Shown in pieces: positions 18,376 to 27,515 of a DNA stretch of 64,000 nt. The notes under the pieces are model-generated. The model did not search any database. It saw nothing but the letters and a program-made list of their open reading frames with translations, and was not told the DNA's origin. The stretch's first letter is position 1. Each line of letters opens with the position of its first letter. The position numbers and the translations under genes were made by a program. The stretch lies in contig CANQOX010000001.1 of assembly GCA_947625595.1 (NCBI GenBank), positions 2,442 through 66,441 of the forward strand. The letters run 5' to 3'. Source of the DNA: an uncultured Clostridia bacterium. Its GTDB lineage: Bacteria > Bacillota > Clostridia > Christensenellales > Borkfalkiaceae.

Positions 18376-19131
18376 TTGAAAAAAGAAAAGCTCCTCAACC
18401 TCATATTTTCCCTGATGGCGCTCGTCGCGCTGTGGCTCGCGTGGCTCATCGCCTACTTTGCGGTGGGAAACGACATCGTCGTACCGTCTGTCACCGAGAC
18501 TTTCGCGGAAGTCGGACGGCTCCTCACGGAGGCCGCCTTTTGGCGCGCCTTCGGGGGGACGCTCTGGCGGAGTTTCGAGGCCTTCCTCATCTCCTTCGCG
18601 CTCGGCGTGGGATTGGGACTGCTCGCGTGCGTGCTCCCGCCCGTACGGGCCTTTTTCGCCCCCATTGTGTCGGTTTTGCGCACGGTCCCGACGATGGCGG
18701 TCGTGCTCATCCTGCTCCTTTGGACGTCGCCCGCGCTTGCTCCCGTCATCATCGCCGCGCTCGTCCTCTTCCCCGTCTTCTATGCGGCAGTGCTGTCCTC
18801 TTTGGACGGCGTGAAGGAGGAATACGGCCCTCTCGCCTCGGCCTTTGACATTCCGAAGACGAGACAGGTGTTCAAAATTTATCTCCCCCTCGCCGCCCCG
18901 CCCGTCCTTTCCCAGCTCGGCGCGGCGTTCTCGCTCGGGCTCAAGATCACCATTTCGGGAGAAGTGCTCTCGGCCACGGCGAGGAGCCTCGGGAGCATGA
19001 TGCAACAGGCGCAGGGCTTCCTCGAGATGCCCCGCCTCATCGCGCTCACCCTCCTCTCCGTCGCCGTCGGACTCGCTGTCGAGGGGCTGTTTGCGGTCCT
19101 TCACTTCCTCATCGATCGGAGGCGGACATGA
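18376..19131 (+). CDS. ABC transporter permease (NitT/TauT family)
   Basis: 251 aa, about 6 TM helices, TTG start. Overlaps the ATPase start by 4 nt. Confidence 0.8.
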   Translation: MKKEKLLNLIFSLMALVALWLAWLIAYFAVGNDIVVPSVTETFAEVGRLLTEAAFWRAFGGTLWRSFEAFLISFALGVGLGLLACVLPPVRAFFAPIVSVLRTVPTMAVVLILLLWTSPALAPVIIAALVLFPVFYAAVLSSLDGVKEEYGPLASAFDIPKTRQVFKIYLPLAAPPVLSQLGAAFSLGLKITISGEVLSATARSLGSMMQQAQGFLEMPRLIALTLLSVAVGLAVEGLFAVLHFLIDRRRT

Positions 19132-19796
19132 AACTGACCCATATCACAAAAAAATACGGCGAGACGGTCGCCCTTCGCGATGTGACGGCCGAATTTGAGG
19201 ACGGAAAGATCACCGCCGTCCTCGGCGAGAGCGGCGCGGGCAAGACCACCCTTCTGAACGTCATTGCGGGCAATCTCCCCCATGAGGGAAGCGTCGAGGG
19301 CGTCGGCAAAGTCAGCTATCTCTTCCAAAGCCCCAAATTGCTCCCCAACCTCACCGCCGAGGACAATCTGAAGCTCGTTCTTGTTAAGGAAGATTATCAC
19401 AAAATTGAATATGTTCTTGAAAAAGTCGGTCTGAAGGGCAAGGAAAGGGCCTTCCCCCGACAGCTCTCGGGGGGCGAAAAACAGCGCGTCGCGATCGCCC
19501 GCGCCTTCCTCTTTCCCCACGATGTCCTGCTCATGGACGAGCCCTTCTCCTCTCTCGATCTCTCCCTCAAAAAGTCCCTCATCTCCCTCACCGCCGACCT
19601 CTGGCGGGAGCGGAAGGAGACGATCGTCTTCGTCACCCACGACGTGCACGAGGCCGCCCTCCTCTCGCACAGGGCCGTCCTGCTCCGCAGGGGAGAACTT
19701 TTTGCCGACGTGCCCATCGAGGGCGAGCCGCCCCGCGACTTCTTCGCCCATTCGGGGGAGGAGGAACAGCTCGTCCGCCTGCTCATGCAGGAATGA
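19128..19796 (+). CDS. ABC transporter ATP-binding protein
   Basis: Walker A GESGAGKTT, signature LSGGEKQR and Walker B LLMDEP. Confidence 0.9.
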   Translation: MKLTHITKKYGETVALRDVTAEFEDGKITAVLGESGAGKTTLLNVIAGNLPHEGSVEGVGKVSYLFQSPKLLPNLTAEDNLKLVLVKEDYHKIEYVLEKVGLKGKERAFPRQLSGGEKQRVAIARAFLFPHDVLLMDEPFSSLDLSLKKSLISLTADLWRERKETIVFVTHDVHEAALLSHRAVLLRRGELFADVPIEGEPPRDFFAHSGEEEQLVRLLMQE

Positions 19797-19824
19797 CGCG
19801 GACAGCCTTTTCATACAATATTGT

Positions 19825-20487
19825 GTGAAAAAATACCGTTCGGAGAAGAGCAAGATAAAGATCCGCGTCATCATCGGCGTCATTCTCGCCGCGATCGTCC
19901 TCATCATCGTCCTCCTCCACATCAATCTGACGAGCGTACTCAAATCCATTGCCGAGGCGAACATGCGCTCCATCACGACGGTCGCCGTCAATGACGCCAT
20001 CTACTACACCCTCTCCGACGGCATCCGCTACGAGGACCTCGTGACGGTGACGCGGGGCGAGGACGACGGCATTCGCTCCATCACGTCGAACGCCTTTCAG
20101 ATCAACCGCATCGCGCGCGACACTGCTTACATGTCCCAGCAGAACTTACAGGAGATGAGCGAGGGCGGCATTGAAGTCCCCCTCGGCGCCTTCTTCGGCA
20201 TCGAAGCGTGGGCGGGCTTCGGCCCGAAGGTCAACATCAAGATCATTCCCATCTCGAACGTCTCTTGCAGTTTTGTCTCCAAATTCGAGGCGCAGGGCAT
20301 CAACCAGACCAAGCACTCCATCTATCTCGACGTCGTCGCAGACATCTCCATCGTCATGCCCTCGGGGACGAGCAACTTTGCCTCCCTCACCGAGGTCCTC
20401 ATCTGCGAGAGCGTGCTCGTCGGCACCGTGCCCGACGCCTACCTGCAGGGCAATCTGTTCGGCAACGGCTACGAGCTTGCGCCGTAA
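19825..20487 (+). CDS. yunB: Sporulation protein YunB
   Basis: ORF 19522..20487, trimmed to the GTG at 19825 (VKKYRSEKSKIKIRVIIGVILAAIVL, an N-terminal TM helix). The block IEVPLGAFFG...GPKVNIKIIPISNVSCSFVSKFEAQGINQTKHSIYLDV matches the YunB family as I recall it. Confidence 0.7.
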   Translation: MKKYRSEKSKIKIRVIIGVILAAIVLIIVLLHINLTSVLKSIAEANMRSITTVAVNDAIYYTLSDGIRYEDLVTVTRGEDDGIRSITSNAFQINRIARDTAYMSQQNLQEMSEGGIEVPLGAFFGIEAWAGFGPKVNIKIIPISNVSCSFVSKFEAQGINQTKHSIYLDVVADISIVMPSGTSNFASLTEVLICESVLVGTVPDAYLQGNLFGNGYELAP

Positions 20488-20502
20488 ACTTGCAGCCGAA
20501 GG

Positions 20503-20526
20503 GCGGGGTCTCCCCCGCTTTTTTTG
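20503..20526 (+). terminator. Intrinsic terminator after yunB
   Basis: gcgggg-tctc-ccccgc followed by T8. Confidence 0.7.
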
Positions 20527-20554
20527 ATAATTTGATGAAATTTTCCCATTCCCC

Positions 20555-20583
20555 TTGACAGAAATCCGAAATCGGATTACAAT
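20555..20583 (+). promoter_or_regulatory. Promoter of the marR operon with an embedded palindromic operator
   Basis: TTGACA-N17-TACAAT. The spacer contains the inverted repeat aatccg-aaat-cggatt (20563-20578). A half-site repeat atccgaaatca follows at about 20587. Confidence 0.55.
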
Positions 20584-20616
20584 AAGATCCGAAATCAGAC
20601 TGCAGGGGCTTATACT

Positions 20617-21048
20617 ATGGACGAACACACCTTTTTTTACAGACTGGGGAAACTCATATACACCATCGACGGCGTGTATGAGGCGTACGGCAGACAGTGC
20701 CGCATGGGGTCTCCCAACCTTCTCTGGATCCTCTACGCCTTAAACGACGGCGAGCGGCACAGCCAAAAGCAGATCTGCGACGACTGGGCCATTCCGCGGA
20801 GCACGGCAAACACAATTATTAAAGATTTAGAGAGCAAAAACTATATCGCGCTCTCCCAGATCAAGGGGGAGCGGCGGGAACTTCTCGTCTCCCTCACCCC
20901 GCGCGGCAAGGAGTACGCAGACGGGATCCTCTCCGACCTCTATCGGCGGGAAAGGGAAATTTTCGGGGAGATCGAGGACCCCGAGGGGACGCTCCTGTCC
21001 CTGCAACAACTGGCCGCAAAGGTGCAAAAAATCGCAGAAAATAAATAG
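20617..21048 (+). CDS. MarR-family transcriptional regulator
   Basis: 143 aa. Winged-HTH pattern LLWILYALNDGERHSQKQICDDWAIPRSTANTIIKDLESKNYI...RRELLVSLTPRG. Confidence 0.85.
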   Translation: MDEHTFFYRLGKLIYTIDGVYEAYGRQCRMGSPNLLWILYALNDGERHSQKQICDDWAIPRSTANTIIKDLESKNYIALSQIKGERRELLVSLTPRGKEYADGILSDLYRREREIFGEIEDPEGTLLSLQQLAAKVQKIAENK

Positions 21049-21066
21049 ATTTTGGAGGAATATATC

Positions 21067-21543
21067 ATGAAAAATGTTTTGGTGGCTTACTTTTCAGCGA
21101 GCGGAACGACCGCAGACACGGCCAAAAAATTGGCTTCGGCGATCGGGGCGAAGCTCTATGAGATCAGGCCCGAAGTTCCCTACACCCGCGCCGACCTCGA
21201 CTGGATGAACAAGCGGTCGAGGAGCTCTCTCGAGATGGGCGACAAATCTTCCCGCCCCGCGCTCGCGGACAGGGACGCCCCCGTTGCGGACTGCGACACG
21301 GTCTTCCTCGGCTTCCCCATCTGGTGGTACGTCGCGCCCACGATCGTCAACAGCTTTTTGGAGAGCTATGACTTCTCGGGCAAGAAGATCGTCCTCTTCG
21401 CGACGAGCGGCGGGAGCGGCTTCGGACGGACGCGGGAGGGCCTCCTCCCCTCTGTCGGCAAGGACGCGGTCATCGTCGAGGGAAAAGTGCTGAATGGGAA
21501 CCCTTCCCCCGCCGAGCTCAAGCGCTGGGCCGAGCAATTCTGA
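21067..21543 (+). CDS. Flavodoxin (long-loop, Flavodoxin_4-like)
   Basis: Trimmed to the ATG at 21067, after GGAGGA. VLVAYFSASGTTADTAKKLA...FLGFPIWWYVAPTIVNSFLESYDFSGKKIVLFATSGGSG. Confidence 0.85.
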   Translation: MKNVLVAYFSASGTTADTAKKLASAIGAKLYEIRPEVPYTRADLDWMNKRSRSSLEMGDKSSRPALADRDAPVADCDTVFLGFPIWWYVAPTIVNSFLESYDFSGKKIVLFATSGGSGFGRTREGLLPSVGKDAVIVEGKVLNGNPSPAELKRWAEQF

Positions 21544-21562
21544 CTTTCAAAGGAGCAAAATC

Positions 21563-22315
21563 ATGAAAAAGATCACACAGGACGCGGGAAGGAAGGCACT
21601 CGGGGAATTTGCCCCCGACTTTGCGCACTACAACGACGATATTCTCTTCGGAGAAAATTGGAACAATGGCGACATCGACCATAAGACGCGGTGCATCATC
21701 ACCGTCGTCGCGCTCATGGCGTCGGGGATCACCGACAGTTCTCTCAAACATCACTTGGAGAACGCCAAAAAGGCGGGCGTGACGAAGAAGGAGATCGCCG
21801 CCGTCATCACTCATGTCGGATTCTATGCGGGCTGGCCGAAGGCTTGGGCCGTCTTCAACATCGCCAAGGACATCTGGGCAGAGGAGAGCGCGGAGACGGC
21901 GATGGCCGCGCATGAAAATTCGATGATCTTCCCCATCGGCGCGCCCAATGACGGCTTCAAGCAGTACTTCAGCGGAAAGAGCTACCTCGCGCCCGTTTCC
22001 AAGGAGCAGGTCGGCATTTTCAACGTCACCTTCGAGCCCTCCTGCCGCAACAACTGGCACATTCACCATGCGACGAAGGGAGGCGGGCAGATCCTTATCT
22101 GCGTCGCGGGGCGCGGCTGGTATCAGGAATGGGGAAAGGAGGCCGTGGAGATGAAGGCGGGCGATGTCATCAACATTCCCGCGGGGGTAAAGCACTGGCA
22201 CGGCGCGGCAAGAGATAGCTGGTTTTCCCATCTCGCTGTCGAGGTCTCGGGTGAAAACTGCTCCAACGAGTGGTTGGAACCCGTAGCAAGCGAGGAATAC
22301 GACAAACTTCCGTGA
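21563..22315 (+). CDS. Carboxymuconolactone decarboxylase (AhpD-like) domain fused to a cupin domain
   Basis: Trimmed to the ATG at 21563, after aaaggag. The CMD block reads HKTRCIITVVALMASG. The cupin block reads NNWHIHHATKGGGQILICVAGRGWYQEWG...IPAGVKHWHGA. Confidence 0.8.
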   Translation: MKKITQDAGRKALGEFAPDFAHYNDDILFGENWNNGDIDHKTRCIITVVALMASGITDSSLKHHLENAKKAGVTKKEIAAVITHVGFYAGWPKAWAVFNIAKDIWAEESAETAMAAHENSMIFPIGAPNDGFKQYFSGKSYLAPVSKEQVGIFNVTFEPSCRNNWHIHHATKGGGQILICVAGRGWYQEWGKEAVEMKAGDVINIPAGVKHWHGAARDSWFSHLAVEVSGENCSNEWLEPVASEEYDKLP

Positions 22316-22323
22316 GGGGCAAC

Positions 22324-22617
22324 ATGGCGTTTACGGTCAACATCTATTACACGGGAGAGAACGGCAACGCGAGAAAATTTGCCGAGGAGATGAGATCGAG
22401 CGGCCTTGTAGAGAAGATCCGCGCCGAAGCGGGAAATCTCCGCTATGAGTACTTTTTCCCCATGGACGACCCCGAGACGGTCTTACTTATCGACGCTTGG
22501 GAAAGTCAGGAGGCCCTCGATCTTCACCACCGAAGCCCCATGATGGCAGAAATCGCCCGCCTGCGCGAGAAATATCGCCTCAAGATGCGGGTGCAACGAT
22601 TCTTCGAGACCGTCTGA
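22324..22617 (+). CDS. Antibiotic-biosynthesis-monooxygenase (ABM) family small protein
   Basis: Trimmed to the ATG at 22324. 97 aa: NIYYTGENGNARKFAEEM...LLIDAWESQEALDLHHRSPMM. Confidence 0.7.
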   Translation: MAFTVNIYYTGENGNARKFAEEMRSSGLVEKIRAEAGNLRYEYFFPMDDPETVLLIDAWESQEALDLHHRSPMMAEIARLREKYRLKMRVQRFFETV

Positions 22618-22672
22618 AGTCCGCCGTTGCGCATTTGGCAAAAACTGTCAAAAGAGATGCGGCGCCCCCTTT

Positions 22673-22752
22673 CCCGCTCATTCTGAACCGAAGGAGAAGG
22701 ATCCCCCCATACGAAGTCCGCGGGTCTATGAGACCTTCGCTACGCTTCCAAT
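22673..22752. repeat. Hairpin-module repeat (R4), inverted copy of the R1 module
   Basis: cccgctcattctga..cgaagga..ggatcccc..acgaagtccgcgggtctatgagaccttcgct aligns with the reverse complement of 976-1076. Confidence 0.8.
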
Positions 22753-22795
22753 GCGGCTATTACAAATCAAAAATCATTTTTAAGGAGAAAATCAA

Positions 22796-23368
22796 ATGTT
22801 AGATGCAGTTTTAAGGCGTTACAACTTGGGCATCCGCATTTCGATCAAGAGTGCCGTGTCCGTCCTCTTGGTCGCGCTCGCGGTCGCCCTGCCCCAGCTC
22901 GGGCACTTCTTCGGAAAGGAATTTTCCTCGATCTATATGCCCATGTATGCGCCCGCCCTCCTCGCGGGTTGCCTTCTCGGGTGGCAATGGGGCCTCGGCG
23001 TCGGCCTCCTGTCGCCCGTCGTGAGTTTCGGCTTCTCCTCCCTCTTCCTCTCCTCCGTCATGCCCACCGCCTCACGGCTCCCGTACATGATGTTGGAACT
23101 CGGGCTGTACGGCCTCATCTGCGGGCTGTTCGCAAAGAAGATCGAGAAGAACGCCTTCGTCTCCTTCCCTGTGGTCGCCCTCGCGCAGGTCTCGGGGCGG
23201 GCGGTCTATGTCATCTATAATCTGATCGCGGGCAGGACGTTTGCAGAGCTTCTGTCCTCCGTGCAGACGGGGGTCGTGGGGCTGTACATTCAGCTCATTC
23301 TCGTCCCCCTCCTCGTGATCGTGCTGTCAAAGCTCCTCCGCAAGGAGCGCGAAGAAATGGAGGAATGA
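22796..23368 (+). CDS. Polytopic membrane protein, ECF-transporter S-component-like
   Basis: 190 aa, 5-6 hydrophobic helices, SD aaggag. The family assignment rests only on size and topology. Confidence 0.55.
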   Translation: MLDAVLRRYNLGIRISIKSAVSVLLVALAVALPQLGHFFGKEFSSIYMPMYAPALLAGCLLGWQWGLGVGLLSPVVSFGFSSLFLSSVMPTASRLPYMMLELGLYGLICGLFAKKIEKNAFVSFPVVALAQVSGRAVYVIYNLIAGRTFAELLSSVQTGVVGLYIQLILVPLLVIVLSKLLRKEREEMEE

Positions 23369-23371
23369 GCG

Positions 23372-24508
23372 ATGACGAATGAATTTTTCGGTAAGGAGAT
23401 CAAAAAACTCGGCTTCGGCCTGATGCGCCTGCCCAAACTCGGCTCGGAGAAGTTCTCCCCGACCGACCTTGAACAGGTCAAGGAGATGGTCGACCTCTTC
23501 CTCGAGGCGGGATTTACATACTTTGACACCGCCTTCGTCTATGGCACGAGCGAGGAGGACATCCGAAAGGCCCTCGTCGACCGCTATCCGCGCGACAGGT
23601 ACACGCTCACGACCAAACTCAACGCCTTCATGATGGCGGAGACCGAACAGGCGGCAAAGAGCCAGTTCTATAAGAGTTTGGAGCGCACGGGGGCGGGATA
23701 TTTCGACTTTTACCTCCTCCACGCCCTCATGGCGAACAACTACACCAAGTACGACAAATTCCACATCTGGGACTTTGTCAAGGAACAGAAGGAAAAGGGC
23801 CTCATCAAGCGGTTCGGCTTCTCCTATCACGCCGACCCCGTGCTCCTCGACAAGCTCCTGACGATCCACCCCGAAGTGGACTTTATCCAGCTTCAGATCA
23901 ACTATGCCGATTGGGAAAATCCGACAGTGGCCTCGCGCGGCAACTATGAAGTCGCCCGCAAGCACAACAAACCCATTGTCATCATGGAGCCCGTCAAGGG
24001 CGGCGCCCTCGCAAATCCGCCCAAGGAAGTGCAGAAGCTCTTCAGGGAATATGACCCCAACGCCTCCTTCGCGCAGTGGGCCATTCGCTTTGCGGCCTCG
24101 CTCGACGGCGTCATGACCGTCCTCTCGGGCATGTCAAATACCGCGCAGATGCGGGACAATATCTCCTTTATGAGGGAGTTTCGGCCTCTCAACGACGACG
24201 AGCAGGAGATCATCCGCAAGGCCCAGCGCATCATGGGCCATTCCTCCGCGATCCCCTGCACGGCCTGCCATTACTGCGTGGACGGCTGTCCGCGGAACAT
24301 CCGCATTCCCGAGATCTTTGCGGCGGCGAACAGGCACATCGGCAACGGTCAGACGGCACAGGCGATCGAGGCCTACAGACAGGCCACGGCGAGCGGCGGG
24401 CTTGCCTCCTCCTGTATCGAATGCAGACAGTGCGAACGCGCCTGCCCCCAGCATTTGCCCATTACAAAGCACCTGAAAGACTGCGCCGCCCTGCTTGAAG
24501 GCAAGTGA
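23372..24508 (+). CDS. Aldo/keto reductase with C-terminal 2x[4Fe-4S] ferredoxin-like domain
   Basis: AKR N-terminus LGFGLMRLP...GFTYFDTAFVYGTSE. The C-terminus has CTACHYCVDGCP and CIECRQCERACP. Confidence 0.85.
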   Translation: MTNEFFGKEIKKLGFGLMRLPKLGSEKFSPTDLEQVKEMVDLFLEAGFTYFDTAFVYGTSEEDIRKALVDRYPRDRYTLTTKLNAFMMAETEQAAKSQFYKSLERTGAGYFDFYLLHALMANNYTKYDKFHIWDFVKEQKEKGLIKRFGFSYHADPVLLDKLLTIHPEVDFIQLQINYADWENPTVASRGNYEVARKHNKPIVIMEPVKGGALANPPKEVQKLFREYDPNASFAQWAIRFAASLDGVMTVLSGMSNTAQMRDNISFMREFRPLNDDEQEIIRKAQRIMGHSSAIPCTACHYCVDGCPRNIRIPEIFAAANRHIGNGQTAQAIEAYRQATASGGLASSCIECRQCERACPQHLPITKHLKDCAALLEGK

Positions 24509-24723
24509 GATAAAATCGGCCGCTTGAGCGGCTTCTCCGCAAAGTCTACGGAGAAAATGAGAAAAATTGTCTCGGGTGAGAATAAAAAAGAGGCGATACC
24601 CCCTGCGTCCAGGAACCCAACTCCGACGGACGCGTCTCGGTCGGGTCAAAAAGTATCGCCTTGTAAGGATATTCTACACCAATTTCAAAAACTTGTCAAC
24701 AGTTTTCTGACAGGGAGCAGATC

Positions 24724-26259
24724 ATGAAGAAAAAGTTGGTTTTTATTCTGACAGCGATCGTGCTGTGCCTCTGCTTTGTCTTTTCCGCTTGCGGCGAGGC
24801 GGGCGGCAAGGACAAGGGAGACGATGCGTCCGACGATACTTATTACACCGTCACTTTCGACAGCCAAGGCGGGAGCGCGGTCGACAGCCAAAAAGTTTTT
24901 GCAGGCAATCCCGCCGTTCTCCCCTCTTCCCCCACGCGGAGCGACGACATCTTCCTCGGTTGGTTCAGGTCGGCGAGCGAAAGCGCCGCGCAGTGGAACT
25001 TTTCGAGCGACCGCGTCAACGAAAACGTCACCCTGTACGCGCATTGGGCGGTGAACACAGAGGACCCGACGGCAAGCGTCACTTTCGAGCGCAATGCGGC
25101 GGGCACGGGCTTTATCGTCACGGGCGCGGGACAGGAGGCGAAGATCGTCATTCCCGAGACCCATGACAATTTGCCCGTCGTGGAGATCGGCGAGAGCGCA
25201 TTTGCCTACTCGCGGCACAAATCAGACATTACTTCCGTCACCATTCCCGATTCGGTCACGAAGATCGGCTTGAACGCTTTCTATAATCAAGCCGCCCTCG
25301 AGACCGTGAACATCGGAACAGGCAGTAAACTCGAAACTGTTGAAAACAACGCCTTTTCGGGCAACAGCGCGCTGAAGGGATTCTATCTCCCCGCGGGCGC
25401 GACAGAGCTTGGCGACAGCGTCTTCAATAACTGCGGCGCACTCGACAGCTTTACCGTCGCACATGGGAATACGGCCTATTCGGGCGAGGGGAACAATCTG
25501 ATAGACCTTGCCTCTCATACCATCCTTCGCGGCACGAACAACAGCAAAGTTCCCTCTTCCGTCACGGGGATCGGTGTCGCCGCGTTTCGCAGAGCCAACC
25601 GCATCACCGAGCTCTATCTTCCCCGTTCTGTGAAAACTATCGACAAATACGCCTTCGCGGACAGCACGCTCACGACGATCAGATACGAAGGGAGCAAGAC
25701 GGAATGGGGCGAAGTCCAGAAGGGAACGATGTGGGATCTGCACTGCACGATCGAAGTTGAATACAACGCCTCCGACGAGGCGGCAAACATCCTCGTCGCG
25801 TACTTCTCGGCGACGGGACATACCGAGACGATCGCGCGGTACATCGCCGAACTCACAGGCGGTACAAAATATGAGATCGTGCCCGAAATTCCGTACACGG
25901 ACGCCGATCTGAACTACGGAAGCAGTTCCTCGCGCACTTCCGCCGAGGACAGGGACCCCTCCGCCCGCCCCGAAATCAGCGGGAGCGTCGAAAACATGGA
26001 CAGCTTCGACGTCATCTTTCTCGGCTACCCCATTTGGTTCGGAAGTGCACCGAAGATCATCTATACCTTCCTCGAGAGCTATAATTTTTCGGGAAAGACA
26101 ATTATCCCCTTCTGCACGTCGGCGAGCAGTTCCATGGGATCGAGCGCGTCTGATCTTCACGGTCTCACAGACGGCGCAACATGGCAGAGCGGAATGCGCT
26201 TCGCGGCAAGTTCCACGCAAAGCGACGTCGAAAGCTGGCTCGACGGGTTGAACAATTGA
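24724..26259 (+). CDS. Lipoprotein: Listeria-Bacteroides repeat + BspA-type LRR + C-terminal flavodoxin domain
   Basis: Lipobox VFSAC. Flg_new-like YTVTFDSQGGSAVDSQ...FLGWF...VTLYAHW. LRR_5 repeats IPDSVTKIGLNAFYN.... The C-terminal 150 aa (ILVAYFSATGHTETIARYIA...FLGYPIWFGSAPKIIYTFLESYNFSGKTIIPFCTSASS) are paralogous to 21067..21543. Confidence 0.85.
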   Translation: MKKKLVFILTAIVLCLCFVFSACGEAGGKDKGDDASDDTYYTVTFDSQGGSAVDSQKVFAGNPAVLPSSPTRSDDIFLGWFRSASESAAQWNFSSDRVNENVTLYAHWAVNTEDPTASVTFERNAAGTGFIVTGAGQEAKIVIPETHDNLPVVEIGESAFAYSRHKSDITSVTIPDSVTKIGLNAFYNQAALETVNIGTGSKLETVENNAFSGNSALKGFYLPAGATELGDSVFNNCGALDSFTVAHGNTAYSGEGNNLIDLASHTILRGTNNSKVPSSVTGIGVAAFRRANRITELYLPRSVKTIDKYAFADSTLTTIRYEGSKTEWGEVQKGTMWDLHCTIEVEYNASDEAANILVAYFSATGHTETIARYIAELTGGTKYEIVPEIPYTDADLNYGSSSSRTSAEDRDPSARPEISGSVENMDSFDVIFLGYPIWFGSAPKIIYTFLESYNFSGKTIIPFCTSASSSMGSSASDLHGLTDGATWQSGMRFAASSTQSDVESWLDGLNN

Positions 26260-26290
26260 ACAGTTTTGCAAAAAAAGAATCGCGTTCCGC

Positions 26291-26319
26291 TTTACATTTG
26301 GAGCGCGATTTTTTATAAT
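26291..26319 (+). promoter_or_regulatory. Putative promoter giving a leaderless RlmI-like mRNA
   Basis: TTTACA-N17-TATAAT, then 6 nt (gtctgt), then the ATG at 26326. No SD is present. Confidence 0.45.
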
Positions 26320-26325
26320 GTCTGT

Positions 26326-27513
26326 ATGGGTTACGAAATTTTTCTCAAAAAGGGCGAAGAGCGCCGCATCGCAGGCGGGCATCCGTGGGTGTACGCCAAC
26401 GAGGTCGCCCGCATCGAGGGCAAGGACAAAAACGGCTCCCTCGCCACCGTCCGCAGCTTTGACGGCCGCTTTCTCGGCAAGGGCTACCTCAATCACGCGT
26501 CAAAAATCCTCGTCCGCATCTTCATTCGTGGCACGGAGGACGACGAGATCGCCCGCCGCGAGGAGAATGAAAAGGCTCTCTTCCGCGCCCGCATCCATGC
26601 GGCGAACGCCTATCGCAGGTCGCTCGGCCTGACGGAGGCCTACCGCGCGGTCTTTGCCGAAGCCGACGACCTCCCCGCCCTCATCGTCGATAAATACGGC
26701 GACTATCTCTCCGTGCAGTTCCTTTCCCTCGGCGTCGACCGTCGGAAGAAGACGATCGCGGAGGTTTTGGTCGAGGAATTTGCCCCCAAGGGCATCTATG
26801 AGCGTTCGGACGTCGCCGTGCGCAAAAAGGAGGGTCTCGAGGAGGTCACGGGCGTGCTGTATGGCGAAGTTCCCGACGAGATCGTCTTTGAGGAGAACGG
26901 CCTGAAGATGGCCGTGGACGTCAAAAACGGCCAAAAGACGGGCTATTTTCTCGATCAGCGCGAAAACCGCTTGGCCGTGCGGCGGTACGCGAAGGGCGAC
27001 GTGCTCGACTGTTTCTGCAACAGCGGCGGTTTTTCCATGAACTGCGCGCTCACGGCGGACCATGTCCTTTCCCTCGACGCCTCCCCCCGCGCCCTCGAGA
27101 GCGTCAGGCGGAATGCCGCGCTCAACGGATTTCACAACGTCGAGACCGTCTGCGGCGACGCCTTTGAGCTCCTCCGCGCCCTTCACGCCGAGGGGCGAAA
27201 GTTCGACCTCGTCATTCTCGATCCGCCCGCCTTCTGCAAGTCGGCCGCCGAGGTCAAGGACGCCCTCAAGGGCTACCTCGACATCAATCTTTTGGGTCTG
27301 AAACTCGTCAAAGAGGGCGGGTTCCTCGTGAGCTCGTCCTGTTCACACTTTGTGACGTTGCCGATGTTCGAAAATATGCTGAAAGAAGCCGCCGCACGGT
27401 CGCACAGGCGCGTTCAGATCGCCGAAATGCGCGCACAGGCCCCCGATCACCCCGCCCTGCTCGCCGCGGACGAGACGATGTACCTGAAATTTTTCGTCCT
27501 CCACGCCGAGTGA
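26326..27513 (+). CDS. PUA-domain class I SAM-dependent rRNA methyltransferase (RlmI/YwbD-like)
   Basis: Trimmed to MGYEIFLKKGEERRIAGGHPWVYANEV, the typical family N-terminus. SAM motif VLDCFCNSGGFS and DLVILDPPAF are present. Confidence 0.85.
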   Translation: MGYEIFLKKGEERRIAGGHPWVYANEVARIEGKDKNGSLATVRSFDGRFLGKGYLNHASKILVRIFIRGTEDDEIARREENEKALFRARIHAANAYRRSLGLTEAYRAVFAEADDLPALIVDKYGDYLSVQFLSLGVDRRKKTIAEVLVEEFAPKGIYERSDVAVRKKEGLEEVTGVLYGEVPDEIVFEENGLKMAVDVKNGQKTGYFLDQRENRLAVRRYAKGDVLDCFCNSGGFSMNCALTADHVLSLDASPRALESVRRNAALNGFHNVETVCGDAFELLRALHAEGRKFDLVILDPPAFCKSAAEVKDALKGYLDINLLGLKLVKEGGFLVSSSCSHFVTLPMFENMLKEAAARSHRRVQIAEMRAQAPDHPALLAADETMYLKFFVLHAE

Positions 27514-27515
27514 GG

